A stretch of DNA of 64,000 nt from Candidatus Latescibacterota bacterium (GCA_965237525.1 CBDEFO010000008.1:32001-96000); one strand, 5' to 3'; positions 51,293 through 61,609 are shown, counted from the first letter of the stretch. Numbers and translations are program-made. Notes: generated by a model from the sequence alone, not told the origin.

Positions 51293-52147
51293 TTACTCAG
51301 AATTCACAGGGCTCTGTGCCTCGTTTTTTGATTTCTGGGCAGATCTTATCTGTTCTATCGCCTTCTGTGCTGCAATCCTATTAACATATCTATCTTCACC
51401 ATATACAGATCTGACCCATGAATCCTGCTTTACGATTTGCTCCAAAATGGGGATAGTCGAGGCATCACCAAAGTGTACTAATCCGCCGATAGCTATGTTC
51501 CTTATAATACCATTCTTGTCTCCTAAAAGGTCTACAAAACAGCTCCGGATATTGTCCTTTTCCTCTTTCGTAAAAAAAGAAGGATCTAGCTTATCCATGC
51601 GGCGAAGCGTTCCTTTAGCTCCTATTTTCATGAGATCTTGGGTACTGCCTAGCGAATCAATAATATCTGGCACTACGGAGTGCCTAATAGCCAACATACC
51701 TTCGGCAGGTGATCCTTGAGACAATACCTTAAGTAAAACGGATTTGGAGCCCTCGTCACCTATTTTGTTCAATAACCATATGATATTATCTAAGACTTCG
51801 TCGTACACTTCATATGAAGTCTCTTCTGAAGGTATTTTTAGTATTTCGTTGGCTCTGTATATTAACGCAGGCGCAGCAACCCTCACCGCCTCTTTTCCCT
51901 CTTTTCGAAAAAGAACATGCAATTTAGCAACCACACATTCTGCAGAGAAAATATCGCCGTGTTTGATTACTTGGGCATCATCATCTGAGAAGGACCAGCC
52001 TTTCAGATCAGGTAAGGTTGATTTCTTCTGAGCATTCAGGTTAGTAGGAAACCAAAGAATAGCGTAAAGACCTACAATTATGCCTATGAAGAATAAAAGC
52101 AGTAGCGTTTCAAAGTCAGTATTCCCGTTTGCTTTGCTTTGAGTCAA
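51293..52147 (-). CDS. Membrane-anchored HEAT/PBS-lyase repeat-like protein
   Basis: N-terminal TM segment; LLGDKNGIIRNIAIGGLVHFGD...IPILE and NRIAAQKAIEQI. Confidence 0.65.
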   Translation of the reverse strand: MTQSKANGNTDFETLLLLFFIGIIVGLYAILWFPTNLNAQKKSTLPDLKGWSFSDDDAQVIKHGDIFSAECVVAKLHVLFRKEGKEAVRVAAPALIYRANEILKIPSEETSYEVYDEVLDNIIWLLNKIGDEGSKSVLLKVLSQGSPAEGMLAIRHSVVPDIIDSLGSTQDLMKIGAKGTLRRMDKLDPSFFTKEEKDNIRSCFVDLLGDKNGIIRNIAIGGLVHFGDASTIPILEQIVKQDSWVRSVYGEDRYVNRIAAQKAIEQIRSAQKSKNEAQSPVNSE

Positions 52148-52373
52148 GGCGATTCTCCTCTCTTTCTGTCTTGCTCCTTTTGGCCGCCTTATCTTTGAGC
52201 CTTTTCAGCTCGTCCTCTATATCTATCTTCTCAAACTCCTTCTTCAGGGCGTAATCCTCCCACGATTCGTCAAAAGATCCTACTTCCCAATCGGGGATGT
52301 CTCGACCGCATATCTCAGATGCAGCGATTCCTGCTACCCCTCCGAGATATATTCCGGATATAAAGCGCAGCAT
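52116..52373 (-). CDS. Small hypothetical protein
   Basis: Strong AGGAGG RBS, hydrophobic N-terminus, IEDELKRLK tail. Confidence 0.55.
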   Translation of the reverse strand: MLRFISGIYLGGVAGIAASEICGRDIPDWEVGSFDESWEDYALKKEFEKIDIEDELKRLKDKAAKRSKTEREENRLDSKQSKREY

Positions 52374-52386
52374 TCTAATCCCTCCT

Positions 52387-53049
52387 TTACGGCGTGCTCA
52401 TTTCGAGCCTCTGATAGTAATATGGTCCGATATAGAGCCGATGGGTTACGGATTCTGGCAGCAAATATAAGAGCATCACAGCTAATATGCCGTGAGAAAT
52501 CGAAATTGTCACAAGATTCGGGTTTTTTCGAAAGGAGAAAGACCAGAAGATGCCCGCTACGAATGTTACTACGGATAAAAATAGATTGGGCCAGTGCACT
52601 GAGCCGAATATAAAAGCGTTCAAAAGGACCGTCCAGCGGACGTCTCCGAAGGCGTCCTTTAATCTGTTGTTAAAGAAGGACTGAAAGAAGTACTGCTGGA
52701 AGAACGCCCAGACGAAATATCCAAAAGGGAGTATAAAGAGACGATCGTCTATGTGCATCCCTTTGAGGCCTATTCCTCCCGCTATTAGGATAGCCGCTGA
52801 GATGAGCGTGAATGTCCCTACCTCTTTCAAGGAATCTGGAATGTTGTCCGTCCTGATGCCTATGCTCTTTAAGCTGTCGTTATGGATCAGATGGGACACA
52901 ACTGTGAATGCGATTGCAAAGATCACCACGAAAAAGGTCAAGAGCAGATTCTGAAGAGGATGAACTATCCAGATAAAGACGAAGATGTAGGATAACAGAA
53001 AGACGCTTTCAATCAGTGGAAAATATGCCTTTTTTGCAGGTGTCTTCAT
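52387..53049 (-). CDS. CPBP (CAAX/Abi)-family intramembrane protein
   Basis: FQQYFFQ (QQ in place of the usual EE), FGSVHWPN and SISHG; ATG overlaps the upstream stop. Confidence 0.8.
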   Translation of the reverse strand: MKTPAKKAYFPLIESVFLLSYIFVFIWIVHPLQNLLLTFFVVIFAIAFTVVSHLIHNDSLKSIGIRTDNIPDSLKEVGTFTLISAAILIAGGIGLKGMHIDDRLFILPFGYFVWAFFQQYFFQSFFNNRLKDAFGDVRWTVLLNAFIFGSVHWPNLFLSVVTFVAGIFWSFSFRKNPNLVTISISHGILAVMLLYLLPESVTHRLYIGPYYYQRLEMSTP

Positions 53050-54221
53050 CTTACCCCCGGCGGCATTGAGTCTATTAATTGTGCTATGCGAAGTCCTAAT
53101 CTTCCTGCCCTCTCTAAGGCTTTGGGATCTATACCATCTGGGGTATCTCTGGGAGAATGAGCTTTGAAAAAGGGTCGGTTGAACTTCTCTCCCAACAGGG
53201 TGATAGCGTCGAATCCTCTCCAAGCTATCGGCATGTGGTCCATTCCCGCTCCGAACGGGAGATAGGATCGCAAAACCCGTAATCTTTCCTGCTCTGCGGC
53301 ACGAATGACTATTTTGCTCAACCGTTTAGCTGTCCGAACAGGAGGGACACCGTGAGCAGAGATCAACGACAGTTTGTCTCCTACTCCGACCATCTCATAG
53401 TTGACAAAAAATGTGTTCTCTACCTCCAAGATATCTCCCTCCCTTTGAATATATCTCATCGCCCCGACCATGCCCTCCTCTTCAGCATCTGTAGCCAGAA
53501 ATGTTACATTTGTCCTTTCGAGATCCAGCTCCTCTGTGCACCTTGCAAGTTCTAAAAGCACGCCCACCCCCGATCCATTGTCCAGTGCTCCCGGCGATTC
53601 GTTCTTAGATCTTATCGCCGAAAGAGGTAAGAATAAGATAAAAGACGCAAACGCTGTCCACCTCAAGAAATCGTAGGGGAGGACTATATCTCCCATAATC
53701 GCTGAGATAATTACAGCAAGACAGACGCCCAGAAGCAGAAGAACACCGCTGAAGAATAGTAGAAACCTGAGGACAAGGGATAAAGGCTGGGACTTGGAGT
53801 CGTAGTGAGCCACAAATATTAAGTCCACTTCCTTACTTGCTGAAGTCCTTCGGGCGATGATGTTGCGCGCTGTTTTTTCAGGTCCGATGTTGAATATCTT
53901 CTCCACAAGTCCATTCCACCTGCTCATAGCGCATATTGCAAAGAGGATAGCTGTACACGAAACGCCTGACATCAGCCTCATATTCGGCAGTAGATGGAGG
54001 GCGATTATGCAAACTGAACTTAGAATGAGCGGTGTTGTGCTCCACCCTAATCTGTGAGGTGTTGTCGAGAATCGGAACTCCTGAACTTCAACGTCCAGAC
54101 CTATGTCTCTAAAGAAGTCGAGTATATATTTTGCAGCTTTATCCTCTCCCTGGCTTCCTGTCCGCCTCGGGAAGGAGAGATTTTCTACGTGACTGTACGC
54201 ACTGGAACCGTCAAAGGGCAT
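53046..54221 (-). CDS. M28-family metallopeptidase with inserted transmembrane segments
   Basis: AHYDS, GALDNGSG, DAEEEG, MDH and HSPRD motifs. Confidence 0.85.
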   Translation of the reverse strand: MPFDGSSAYSHVENLSFPRRTGSQGEDKAAKYILDFFRDIGLDVEVQEFRFSTTPHRLGWSTTPLILSSVCIIALHLLPNMRLMSGVSCTAILFAICAMSRWNGLVEKIFNIGPEKTARNIIARRTSASKEVDLIFVAHYDSKSQPLSLVLRFLLFFSGVLLLLGVCLAVIISAIMGDIVLPYDFLRWTAFASFILFLPLSAIRSKNESPGALDNGSGVGVLLELARCTEELDLERTNVTFLATDAEEEGMVGAMRYIQREGDILEVENTFFVNYEMVGVGDKLSLISAHGVPPVRTAKRLSKIVIRAAEQERLRVLRSYLPFGAGMDHMPIAWRGFDAITLLGEKFNRPFFKAHSPRDTPDGIDPKALERAGRLGLRIAQLIDSMPPGVR

Positions 54222-54885
54222 AAGCTTTGATCGCCGTTACCAAAAGACCGTGGGCTGCATTGCAAACGATAATATCTTCAAACCCCGCCTCTGCAAAGTA
54301 ATTATTAAGCTCCTTTTGGGAGTAAAGAACGAACTTCGAACCTCCGCTTACCATAGGGAAGGAGATCTTCAGAAAGCGTGAGATAACTCCCGTTCCTCTT
54401 GTCCAGAGGATAATTTTCCCACCGTTACAGAGGACGCGCCCTATCTCTTTGATGGCCATCTGTGGCTCCACGATGTGGCACAGCACGCCAAAAGATGTCA
54501 CGATCTCAAAAGTTTCACTATCAAATGGCAGTGCAAGCGCGCTCGTTTGAATAAGTTTCAATCTATCCTGAAAGCTATCCTCTGCCTCTGCCGCTTTCAA
54601 AATATTATACGAAAGGTCAACTGCTACAACATCTGCTTTTGGATACATTTTGGCAAATGTCTTCGCCACCAGCCCTGTTCCTGTACCCAGATCCAGCACA
54701 CTCGAAGGCGCTCCATCGATCATTTCGGCGGTCTCTTGGATCAACTTGTAGTAGCCCGTGCAACCTATCAGCTTCAACCACAGCGGATAGCCCTTTGCGT
54801 AAGGCGTTGACCAGCGCAGGAGTTTGGTCTCTTGCTGCGTGGATCTTAAGGATTTACGAACGTCAGCCGAAGTTGCTCTCACCAT
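54211..54885 (-). CDS. Class I SAM-dependent methyltransferase
   Basis: VLDLGTGTG, VDLS, ALPF and RVLCNGG motifs. Confidence 0.9.
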   Translation of the reverse strand: MVRATSADVRKSLRSTQQETKLLRWSTPYAKGYPLWLKLIGCTGYYKLIQETAEMIDGAPSSVLDLGTGTGLVAKTFAKMYPKADVVAVDLSYNILKAAEAEDSFQDRLKLIQTSALALPFDSETFEIVTSFGVLCHIVEPQMAIKEIGRVLCNGGKIILWTRGTGVISRFLKISFPMVSGGSKFVLYSQKELNNYFAEAGFEDIIVCNAAHGLLVTAIKAYAL

Positions 54886-54890
54886 CTTAT

Positions 54891-55534
54891 TTAATCGACA
54901 TTTCCTTTACGAGCGAATTTCTGAAGAAAGTCCTTCACCTGATTGAAAGCCTCATTATCCCACGACAAGTATCCCGCCTGGGCTGCTTCACTAACTGTTT
55001 TCCTGCCTCTGGTTTTGAAGCTAAAAAGACCTGTACTCTGGCCTTAGATTCGTTTTTGGGCAAAGAGAGATCTTTCTGTTTCAAACATTCAAAGTATTGT
55101 TCTACACAGACCATGGCAGGGTTCTGCTCTTCGGATTCGATACAGACGTCTTCTAACATCCCAGGTTCGTCCTGTGCAGGCAAAATCATGACGGTGACCT
55201 GAGGACTATGGCCGGTGGGTATCAAAGAGTGTTCGGGCGCAGGTAAATCCACAGATCGCAAGGCGTCACAAACGCTTTGAAAAGCACCACCGGGATTATC
55301 ATTTGCGTCTCTGACCACACCCAGGGAAGCGACTATATCAAAATTTGGAGATGAGATAAGAGCATTCAAATTCCTTCGCAATTGATCTTTACCTCCGATG
55401 GGCAAAACTTGAACTTCCATCAATCCCAAATGATCTATCAGTGCTCCGAAGAACTGTTTATCCTCTTTGCCCTCGACTGCCAGCACATTCGGTTGTTCTA
55501 TGGTGATTGGTTTCTCTGTCTTGATCGGCATCAC
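54891..55534 (-). pseudogene. DUF3226-like TOPRIM-fold protein, frameshifted near the C-terminus
   Basis: VEGKED, VRDAND and GMLED motifs. A 1-nt deletion near 54991 moves (G)EAAQAGYLSWDNEAF...FL out of frame. Confidence 0.75.
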
Positions 55535-56616
55535 CTGACCTCCAGGCCAGTCTCAATAGCCGCTGTCAAGGCTTCCTGGTCATAGGTTACAGCGCGGATG
55601 TCGCCATCTTTGCGTTCCAAGCGATGCAATCGAAAGTCGTACGGCTTGCTCTCTGTGAACGCCTCCTGAGCAGCCACGATGCATTCCCAACTGTGAGTGG
55701 TAGCAAAAACCTGAGTGTTAAACTGTCGGGCCGTTTCTCCAATAGCTTCCCATATCTTGGTCATAGCCGAATGGTAAAATCCGTTCTCTATTTCATCTAT
55801 AAGCACAACACCGTCTGGGGCATTGCCAATAGCCATCACCAAGCTTGCCAGACGAACCATGCCACCTCCCATGAAGGGCAGGGGTATAAGGCGCCCGTTG
55901 CCAACATCCCCATGCAACATCGATTCCCCTGCCGCGGCCACTGCTGTGATGCGTTCGAGCCGCGGTTCAATGAGTTTCAATATCTGTAATATCATGTCCT
56001 GTTTACCCTCTTTCTCCAACTTCCCAAAACGCTCAGCCTCTTCCGACACGGGGATATGCATTCGGGCAGGCAAGAAGAATGTTGGGAGCGCAGAGACGGG
56101 AGGAATGGGCACAGTGCGCATGCCGCTTTCATCAAGAATCAAGTAATAGTTGCCACATTCTCCTTTCTGTTTGTATTCGAGCTTAAGCACCTCGGCAATT
56201 CCAGATGAGATAAGAACTCCCTTAGAGTTCTCAGGACTATACTGGATGGCTTGCGGTATTTTCTTTAACTCTGACCGATCACGAACTGCCCTTAGTTGGA
56301 GGGATCTACGACCGGTTATTGTGTCTTTGCCCACCAACTCTATGTTCTCTGAGCTGTCAAATTTAGTAAAGAGAAAATCCCAGGGGAGTTCTTCACGCCA
56401 CTGTCCAAGCTGTGCCTTCATTGCCTCAACGCCGCGAAAGGCTCTGATTTTGAAGACAAGTGCGGGTATCCACGCACCACAGTGTAGAAACATTGCTTCT
56501 AAGAGGGACGTCTTACCAACATTGTTGACTCCAGCGATCAGATTGATTCGTTCGAGAGAAGGAATCGTCAACTTGCGCAAGCACCCAAAGTTCTTAACTT
56601 CAAATGATTTGTACAT
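55531..56616 (-). CDS. AAA_15/AAA_21-type ABC-like ATPase
   Basis: GVNNVGKT, MGGG signature, LIDEIENG, TTHS and C-terminal GLEVR. Confidence 0.9.
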   Translation of the reverse strand: MYKSFEVKNFGCLRKLTIPSLERINLIAGVNNVGKTSLLEAMFLHCGAWIPALVFKIRAFRGVEAMKAQLGQWREELPWDFLFTKFDSSENIELVGKDTITGRRSLQLRAVRDRSELKKIPQAIQYSPENSKGVLISSGIAEVLKLEYKQKGECGNYYLILDESGMRTVPIPPVSALPTFFLPARMHIPVSEEAERFGKLEKEGKQDMILQILKLIEPRLERITAVAAAGESMLHGDVGNGRLIPLPFMGGGMVRLASLVMAIGNAPDGVVLIDEIENGFYHSAMTKIWEAIGETARQFNTQVFATTHSWECIVAAQEAFTESKPYDFRLHRLERKDGDIRAVTYDQEALTAAIETGLEVR

Positions 56617-56805
56617 CGGTTACCTCCTCGTGAGGCGGTGATGTATTCTAAATATAAAGACTCCTATCCGGTCCGGCAGTTTAACTAGTAGTTTAAAAAG
56701 GAGCGAACTTCTTCCTTGATTTCAGCCCATTAAAAGAAGTAAGGCGATTCCGCGCGCTCGGTTGATTTTAGCGGAGAATATTACAGTTCCTAAACACAGT
56801 ATCCC

Positions 56806-57240
56806 TTACTTCAAAGCTGCCTTAAGATGCTCAATCAGTTCACGATCTTGATTAGTCCGATCCTTGAAGCTTTGCAGAGGGGTTACATCTACTTTCACGA
56901 TGCCCCAAATGGGCAAGCTCTGCAATAGACGACTTAACTCCTCGTTGGATGATGCCTGCACGATAAACACAGCAGCCCTGGCTCCAGCCACAATCCCTCC
57001 AGCCAGGATTTTCTTCTCAGCCTCCATCTTTGCCAAAGCCTCCAGACTGGGAATAACCATCTGCTCCACAAACTGTATAGCCTGCTGAGGGGGATGCATC
57101 TCACCAGTTTCAACACTTTCCATGGTTACGAGATATATCATCTTACCCTTTTCCTGACCTTGAGGAACATTGACTGATAGGAAAAGAGCTATAACAGCCA
57201 CCAATGTTAGCGTAACAATGGTTTTTATATTTCTACGCAT
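56806..57240 (-). CDS. Muconolactone delta-isomerase-like protein with signal peptide
   Basis: AGGIVAG.RAAVFIV.ASSNEEL..LL.SLPIW...DVTPL; N-terminal hydrophobic leader. Confidence 0.6.
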   Translation of the reverse strand: MRRNIKTIVTLTLVAVIALFLSVNVPQGQEKGKMIYLVTMESVETGEMHPPQQAIQFVEQMVIPSLEALAKMEAEKKILAGGIVAGARAAVFIVQASSNEELSRLLQSLPIWGIVKVDVTPLQSFKDRTNQDRELIEHLKAALK

Positions 57241-57588
57241 AGTTCTTTCTCCTTATTGTTTTGTGTTTTACCTCGGGAGCGCCGTTTCTCCTATAGTGTA
57301 TTTATGCACAAAGAAAGTCTAGACTCGTTGCAAACGGACTCCTGTCTGGAAGTCTGTGTATTATGGATCTGGTTTAAGTCCGAAAAGTGTTGACACTTTT
57401 GGAAAAGGTGTTATTGGGAGCGCGTACCGGCCTGCTTTTCATGTAATTGGCCATATTTTTCTTTGAGTTCACGAAGGAATCCCTCACGATTAGATAAGTA
57501 CTTTTTGCTCAATTCTTCGCGAACCTTCCGCTGAAATTTCACCGCATCAAATTTCTTCTTCACGGATGACCTCGCAATGGTATATCAT

Positions 57589-58710
57589 CTACACCATTAC
57601 CCTGTCAGAAGCCCTTATGCACTCTGCCAGCAGCCGTACACCTTCCCTTATGTCATCGTGCGAGGGATAGCCGAAGGAGAGCCTAACGTAATTTATATCC
57701 TCATCCTTACAGTAAAAGTCCCTCCCCATAGCGCAGTTGATGCCTTTGCCCGCGACCAGTTTCTCTACTCCGGATATATCTACACTTTCTGGCAATTTAA
57801 TCCATATAAAGAGGCCCCCGGTAGGACGGCTCCACGTACAGTAGCCGCCTAAATTTTCTTCCAATTCCTGGAACATTACATCACGCTTTCCCTTGAAGAT
57901 GCCGCACACTTCCTTGATATGAGTCCAGAGATTCTCCTTGAGATATTCGGCCAAGATGCAGCTTGCAAGCGCCGTCGTCCCGCCGTCTATCTTATTGCTT
58001 ATTATCCTCTGTATGATCTCTTCAGAGGCGGCGAAGTATCCCAATCTGATGCCCGGCCCCATTATCTTGGAGAAGGAGGCGAGATAAAGTGTAGACTTTG
58101 TGTCGTCCAAAGCGTACAAGGACGAAACGTTCTCACCTTCAAAGCGCAGATCGGCGTAGCAGTTGTCCTCAACGACCATAACGCCGTAATTGTACGCTAT
58201 GTCAAGTAGCTCTTTCCTGCGAGGGTGGGGCATAACCGAACCGGTGGGATTCTGGTTTGTGCCGATGGTGTATATGAACTTGGGGGTTTTCCCCAGATCC
58301 TTTAAATCGCTCAGGGCACCTTCGAGTTCGTCCATCCTCATCCCGTCCTCATCGAGCGGGATTCCGACAATATCCGCGCCGTGGTGCCTGAAGGCTCTGA
58401 GCGTTCCTGAGTAAGTGAATTCCTCAGTGATCACAGGTTCCCCCCTGTTCACAAAGGTCTGGGCGATAAGGCTTATCGCCTGCATCGAGCCTGTTGTCAG
58501 GACTATATTATCGGCAGGAAGTTCGGCACCTTCGCGTCTGTAGAATCGGCCTGATGCGACTTCCCTCAAGCCCAGGTATCCTTTAGAGTCCGGGTAGAGG
58601 ACAAGGCTATGTCCTATCTGGGGCAGAATCCTGGCCGCCGCTTCGGCAAGCTCGACGGAGGGGAAAGACCCCGGGTCGGGAGACCCTCCTCCGAAATTGT
58701 AGGTCTTCAC
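57589..58710 (-). CDS. PLP-dependent aminotransferase class I/II (LysN/Aro8-like)
   Basis: QNPTG, EDNCY, SFSKIMGPGIRLG and GGLFIW motifs. Confidence 0.9.
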   Translation of the reverse strand: MKTYNFGGGSPDPGSFPSVELAEAAARILPQIGHSLVLYPDSKGYLGLREVASGRFYRREGAELPADNIVLTTGSMQAISLIAQTFVNRGEPVITEEFTYSGTLRAFRHHGADIVGIPLDEDGMRMDELEGALSDLKDLGKTPKFIYTIGTNQNPTGSVMPHPRRKELLDIAYNYGVMVVEDNCYADLRFEGENVSSLYALDDTKSTLYLASFSKIMGPGIRLGYFAASEEIIQRIISNKIDGGTTALASCILAEYLKENLWTHIKEVCGIFKGKRDVMFQELEENLGGYCTWSRPTGGLFIWIKLPESVDISGVEKLVAGKGINCAMGRDFYCKDEDINYVRLSFGYPSHDDIREGVRLLAECIRASDRVMV

Positions 58711-58797
58711 GTAAATGTCCTTTCTTTGGAAGGCTAAGGCAAAGGCTGAGGCTAAGACCTCACTGTCTTCCCCTCCGCTCTCTCCTTGGCTTTCATT

Positions 58798-59769
58798 TTA
58801 AATGCTGTTGTAGTCCAATACGACTTTGATTGCGCCATCCGTCCTTTTCGTAAAGATCTCGAAGCCCCTTTGAACCTCATCGAACGGGATAACGTGGGTG
58901 ACTATGGGAGATACGTCTGTCCTGCCCTGCACTATCATATCTATCGCCAGCGGGAAATCTCTTTTTACCTCCGGGCCTCCAGAACCGACCATGCTGAGAT
59001 TTTTCCTCAAGATATCCTCGTATCTGAAATCGTACACAGGTTCGTCCGGCACTCCGAAGCAGAACACTGTGCCCTCATGCTTTACCAGATCCAGACATGT
59101 ATTGATCGTGCCCGTCTGGTGTCCCACAGCCTCGATGACAAGGTCTGCCATCTTTCCGTCTGTAATATCTCTTACCTTTTGGATGGCGTCTTCCCTTATG
59201 ACATTCACAGTATGCGTGGCTCTCATCTGCATGGCGACGTCCAGGCGATAATCCAGCAAATCGAGGCCGATGATCCTCTTTGCGCCCAAATTGCTGAGCA
59301 GGCTGTCCATCAAAAGTCCAATGGGGCCCTGACCGACTACTACTACGTTCCAATGGATGATATTCTCCAACTTCCGGAACGCCCATATTATCGTTCCCAA
59401 GGGTTGGGAAAGGACGATATGCTCCTTCTTTTCGTACCTCGGGAGATGCACGGTGCAATCTTCGTCCGAGGGAAAGTACTCCATCAGTCCGCCCGGACCA
59501 GCTGGTAGAGATAGGACTTCGTCGCCTTCCTTGAATTCTTTAGATCTGCTCTGGGCGATAACGCCCACGCATTCGTGGATTGAGGCCCCGGGGGGACGAG
59601 GGTATTCGGAGGCTGGATGTTCATAGGCAAACTCGGGAACATCGGTGCCGCATATCGCAGCCTTATCGACTTTAACCAGCACGCTCCCGTCCTTGGCGCT
59701 GGAAACATCAGGCTTTGCTACATCCACGATCTCAAATCTTTGTGGTCCCACAATCTGAGCCGCTTTCAC
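58798..59769 (-). CDS. Zinc-binding MDR dehydrogenase
   Basis: ICGTD, HECVG, GQGPIGL and IEAVG motifs. Confidence 0.9.
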   Translation of the reverse strand: MKAAQIVGPQRFEIVDVAKPDVSSAKDGSVLVKVDKAAICGTDVPEFAYEHPASEYPRPPGASIHECVGVIAQSRSKEFKEGDEVLSLPAGPGGLMEYFPSDEDCTVHLPRYEKKEHIVLSQPLGTIIWAFRKLENIIHWNVVVVGQGPIGLLMDSLLSNLGAKRIIGLDLLDYRLDVAMQMRATHTVNVIREDAIQKVRDITDGKMADLVIEAVGHQTGTINTCLDLVKHEGTVFCFGVPDEPVYDFRYEDILRKNLSMVGSGGPEVKRDFPLAIDMIVQGRTDVSPIVTHVIPFDEVQRGFEIFTKRTDGAIKVVLDYNSI

Positions 59770-60182
59770 GCTGATCTCCGTTGTGCATTAGAGTTGAAAA
59801 CGTCGTCCTGTTCTTCGGGGATAGAGGATCTGATAGCTACCTCCACCTGTGGCAGAGCTGCAGCCACTGCATCCTGATCCACGCTCGATGCGAAATCCTT
59901 ATATCCTGCCGTCTGGATAATAGAGAGTAGATTGCTACTCAACTGCTCCAGCGTCCACGCAACAGGGTCCGGAACTTCCCCCTTATCCAGATCCCTCTTA
60001 TCGTCTTTTCCGATGGAGTCAAAGTGATAGTGCGGATCTTTCTCGAAGCAGTCGAATCTAAGGAGTTGAACTCTTTTCCCCTCGACCTCCTCAAAGACCT
60101 TAACGGCCGGGCCTCTGTCGCTTCCAAAGACTCGGTACTCCACTTCTAAATGGACACCACCTACGTCGAACGACTGACTCAT
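59766..60182 (-). CDS. Conserved hypothetical protein
   Basis: LLRFDCFEKDPHYH motif, GGAGG RBS, stop overlaps the next start. Confidence 0.75.
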   Translation of the reverse strand: MSQSFDVGGVHLEVEYRVFGSDRGPAVKVFEEVEGKRVQLLRFDCFEKDPHYHFDSIGKDDKRDLDKGEVPDPVAWTLEQLSSNLLSIIQTAGYKDFASSVDQDAVAAALPQVEVAIRSSIPEEQDDVFNSNAQRRSA

Positions 60183-60339
60183 AGTTTAACCTCCCTCTAA
60201 GGTCGCGGTAACCCCATCTCCAAGCTATCGTAAACTAATGCAATGATAGAATCGACTTATCTTTATCGTCAAGCGATCTGAACCAGAGAACGAGCATAGG
60301 CATTCTATTCTTTTTCATCGGATCAGGGAGCTTGCTGGG

Positions 60340-61341
60340 TCAACGGCGCATCAGGGACTTAATCTTGCGTCCAGTTTTCAAGATAGCTTCTGACATGGCG
60401 GACGTATATTTCTCCGTGACGTAGTAGGGAGTCAAGACTCCTCCAAATCCGCGTTTGAATTTGGCGATTGAAGGGATGTTCGCCCCCACAAAATCGAAAC
60501 TATGACACTGAGAAGACATCTCTTTAAAGACTTCCGAGTACAGAAGCGAGGTCGCCCCACTGCTGTTGTATTCCGGGTCGGCCCCCGCTATCCATGCGTA
60601 GAGCGTCTTGAAGCCGTGCACGAAGACCACAGTCGAGACGGTGGCACCCGATGGTTCTTCCGCTGTGTACATACGGCAAAGACCCGACTCCTGAGCGGCT
60701 CTGTGGAAGACATCTACTATCCTATCGGGGACAGGCTGTACGCAACTTTTTTCATAGATCATTTTATATTGACAAATTAAGAGATTAAGATCGTCTTTTT
60801 GATGAATGGAAAAGCAGTTCTTTTGGGCTTTTCTTATGACAGTGTTCGTTCGGTTCTCAAATGCACTCCACAACTTGTCAGGTTCAGAAAGACCTATTCT
60901 GTAAGTGTATTTGACCTGGATTTGCCAGTCTCTCCAGATAAATTCCCGGATATCTTCTATGTCCGGGGAGTGAGAAAGGAGGATGTAGTCGAAGTCACTC
61001 TCCAATCTGGTGATTATGCCCGCGGTGGCCTTATGGCGTTCGGCTTCTACTTTCGCAGCACGTATGGCGGGAATGTGAGCGTATATAAATCCTCCATATG
61101 GGGTTAAGGTGGGCGTAGTGAATCTGTCCAACCGGGCTTTTTTTGTTCTGAGACCTGAGCAGCCTGCAATGAGGTTGCCCTTCTTGTAGCACCCGTAGAT
61201 TACTATGTCCCCACCTGTGGATTTACGAGCGGCAGAGAGCCATGCGGACGTGGAAAAGACGGTGCCGCCGGGCGAATTTTCTACAAACTGATCCCACGTT
61301 TCCCAATCCTCTACTATTTCGACTTCGTAATTATCGGTCAT
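60340..61341 (-). CDS. GNAT-family (FemAB-like) acyltransferase
   Basis: WDQFVENSPGGTVF...W and FDFVGANIPSIAKFKRGFGG motifs. Confidence 0.85.
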   Translation of the reverse strand: MTDNYEVEIVEDWETWDQFVENSPGGTVFSTSAWLSAARKSTGGDIVIYGCYKKGNLIAGCSGLRTKKARLDRFTTPTLTPYGGFIYAHIPAIRAAKVEAERHKATAGIITRLESDFDYILLSHSPDIEDIREFIWRDWQIQVKYTYRIGLSEPDKLWSAFENRTNTVIRKAQKNCFSIHQKDDLNLLICQYKMIYEKSCVQPVPDRIVDVFHRAAQESGLCRMYTAEEPSGATVSTVVFVHGFKTLYAWIAGADPEYNSSGATSLLYSEVFKEMSSQCHSFDFVGANIPSIAKFKRGFGGVLTPYYVTEKYTSAMSEAILKTGRKIKSLMRR

Positions 61342-61609
61342 TTTGCCTCTGAGGCTGAGGCCATAGTTTCTTAAAATAGCTCTTGACTCTCTCTTTAAAG
61401 ACCTTCTTCTTATCTTTGAGACACAGATCTCGGATAGCCTTTCTGGATGTCCTTTCTGGCTCTTCTCTGATGAAGGAAGTGGCGCTTTTCTTCATATTGT
61501 GCGCGTGTTCCATCAGATTGCGGAAGGCCTCAATGTCTACAGGATCTTCCAATTGTTCGAGTATAGCGTCGTCTTCGCTGAAATCCCGTTCTTGTTCCCG
61601 CTCAGACAT
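61331..61609 (-). CDS. Small hypothetical protein
   Basis: Charged ORF from MSERE; overlaps the GNAT start. Confidence 0.5.
   Translation of the reverse strand: MSEREQERDFSEDDAILEQLEDPVDIEAFRNLMEHAHNMKKSATSFIREEPERTSRKAIRDLCLKDKKKVFKERVKSYFKKLWPQPQRQNDR

Noticed and set aside
52286..52299. Partial ATCGGGGA matches to the micro-element (also ~60723)
   Set aside because: Only one arm is present, within intact coding sequence; likely chance.
58732..58760. AGGCTA/AGGCAA/AGGCTG hexamer run
   Set aside because: Short low-complexity intergenic repeat with no evidence of function.
58786..59508. Long antisense or alternative-frame ORFs in the track (also 26352-27185, 10594-11223)
   Set aside because: They shadow well-supported genes on the opposite strand and have no recognisable motifs.
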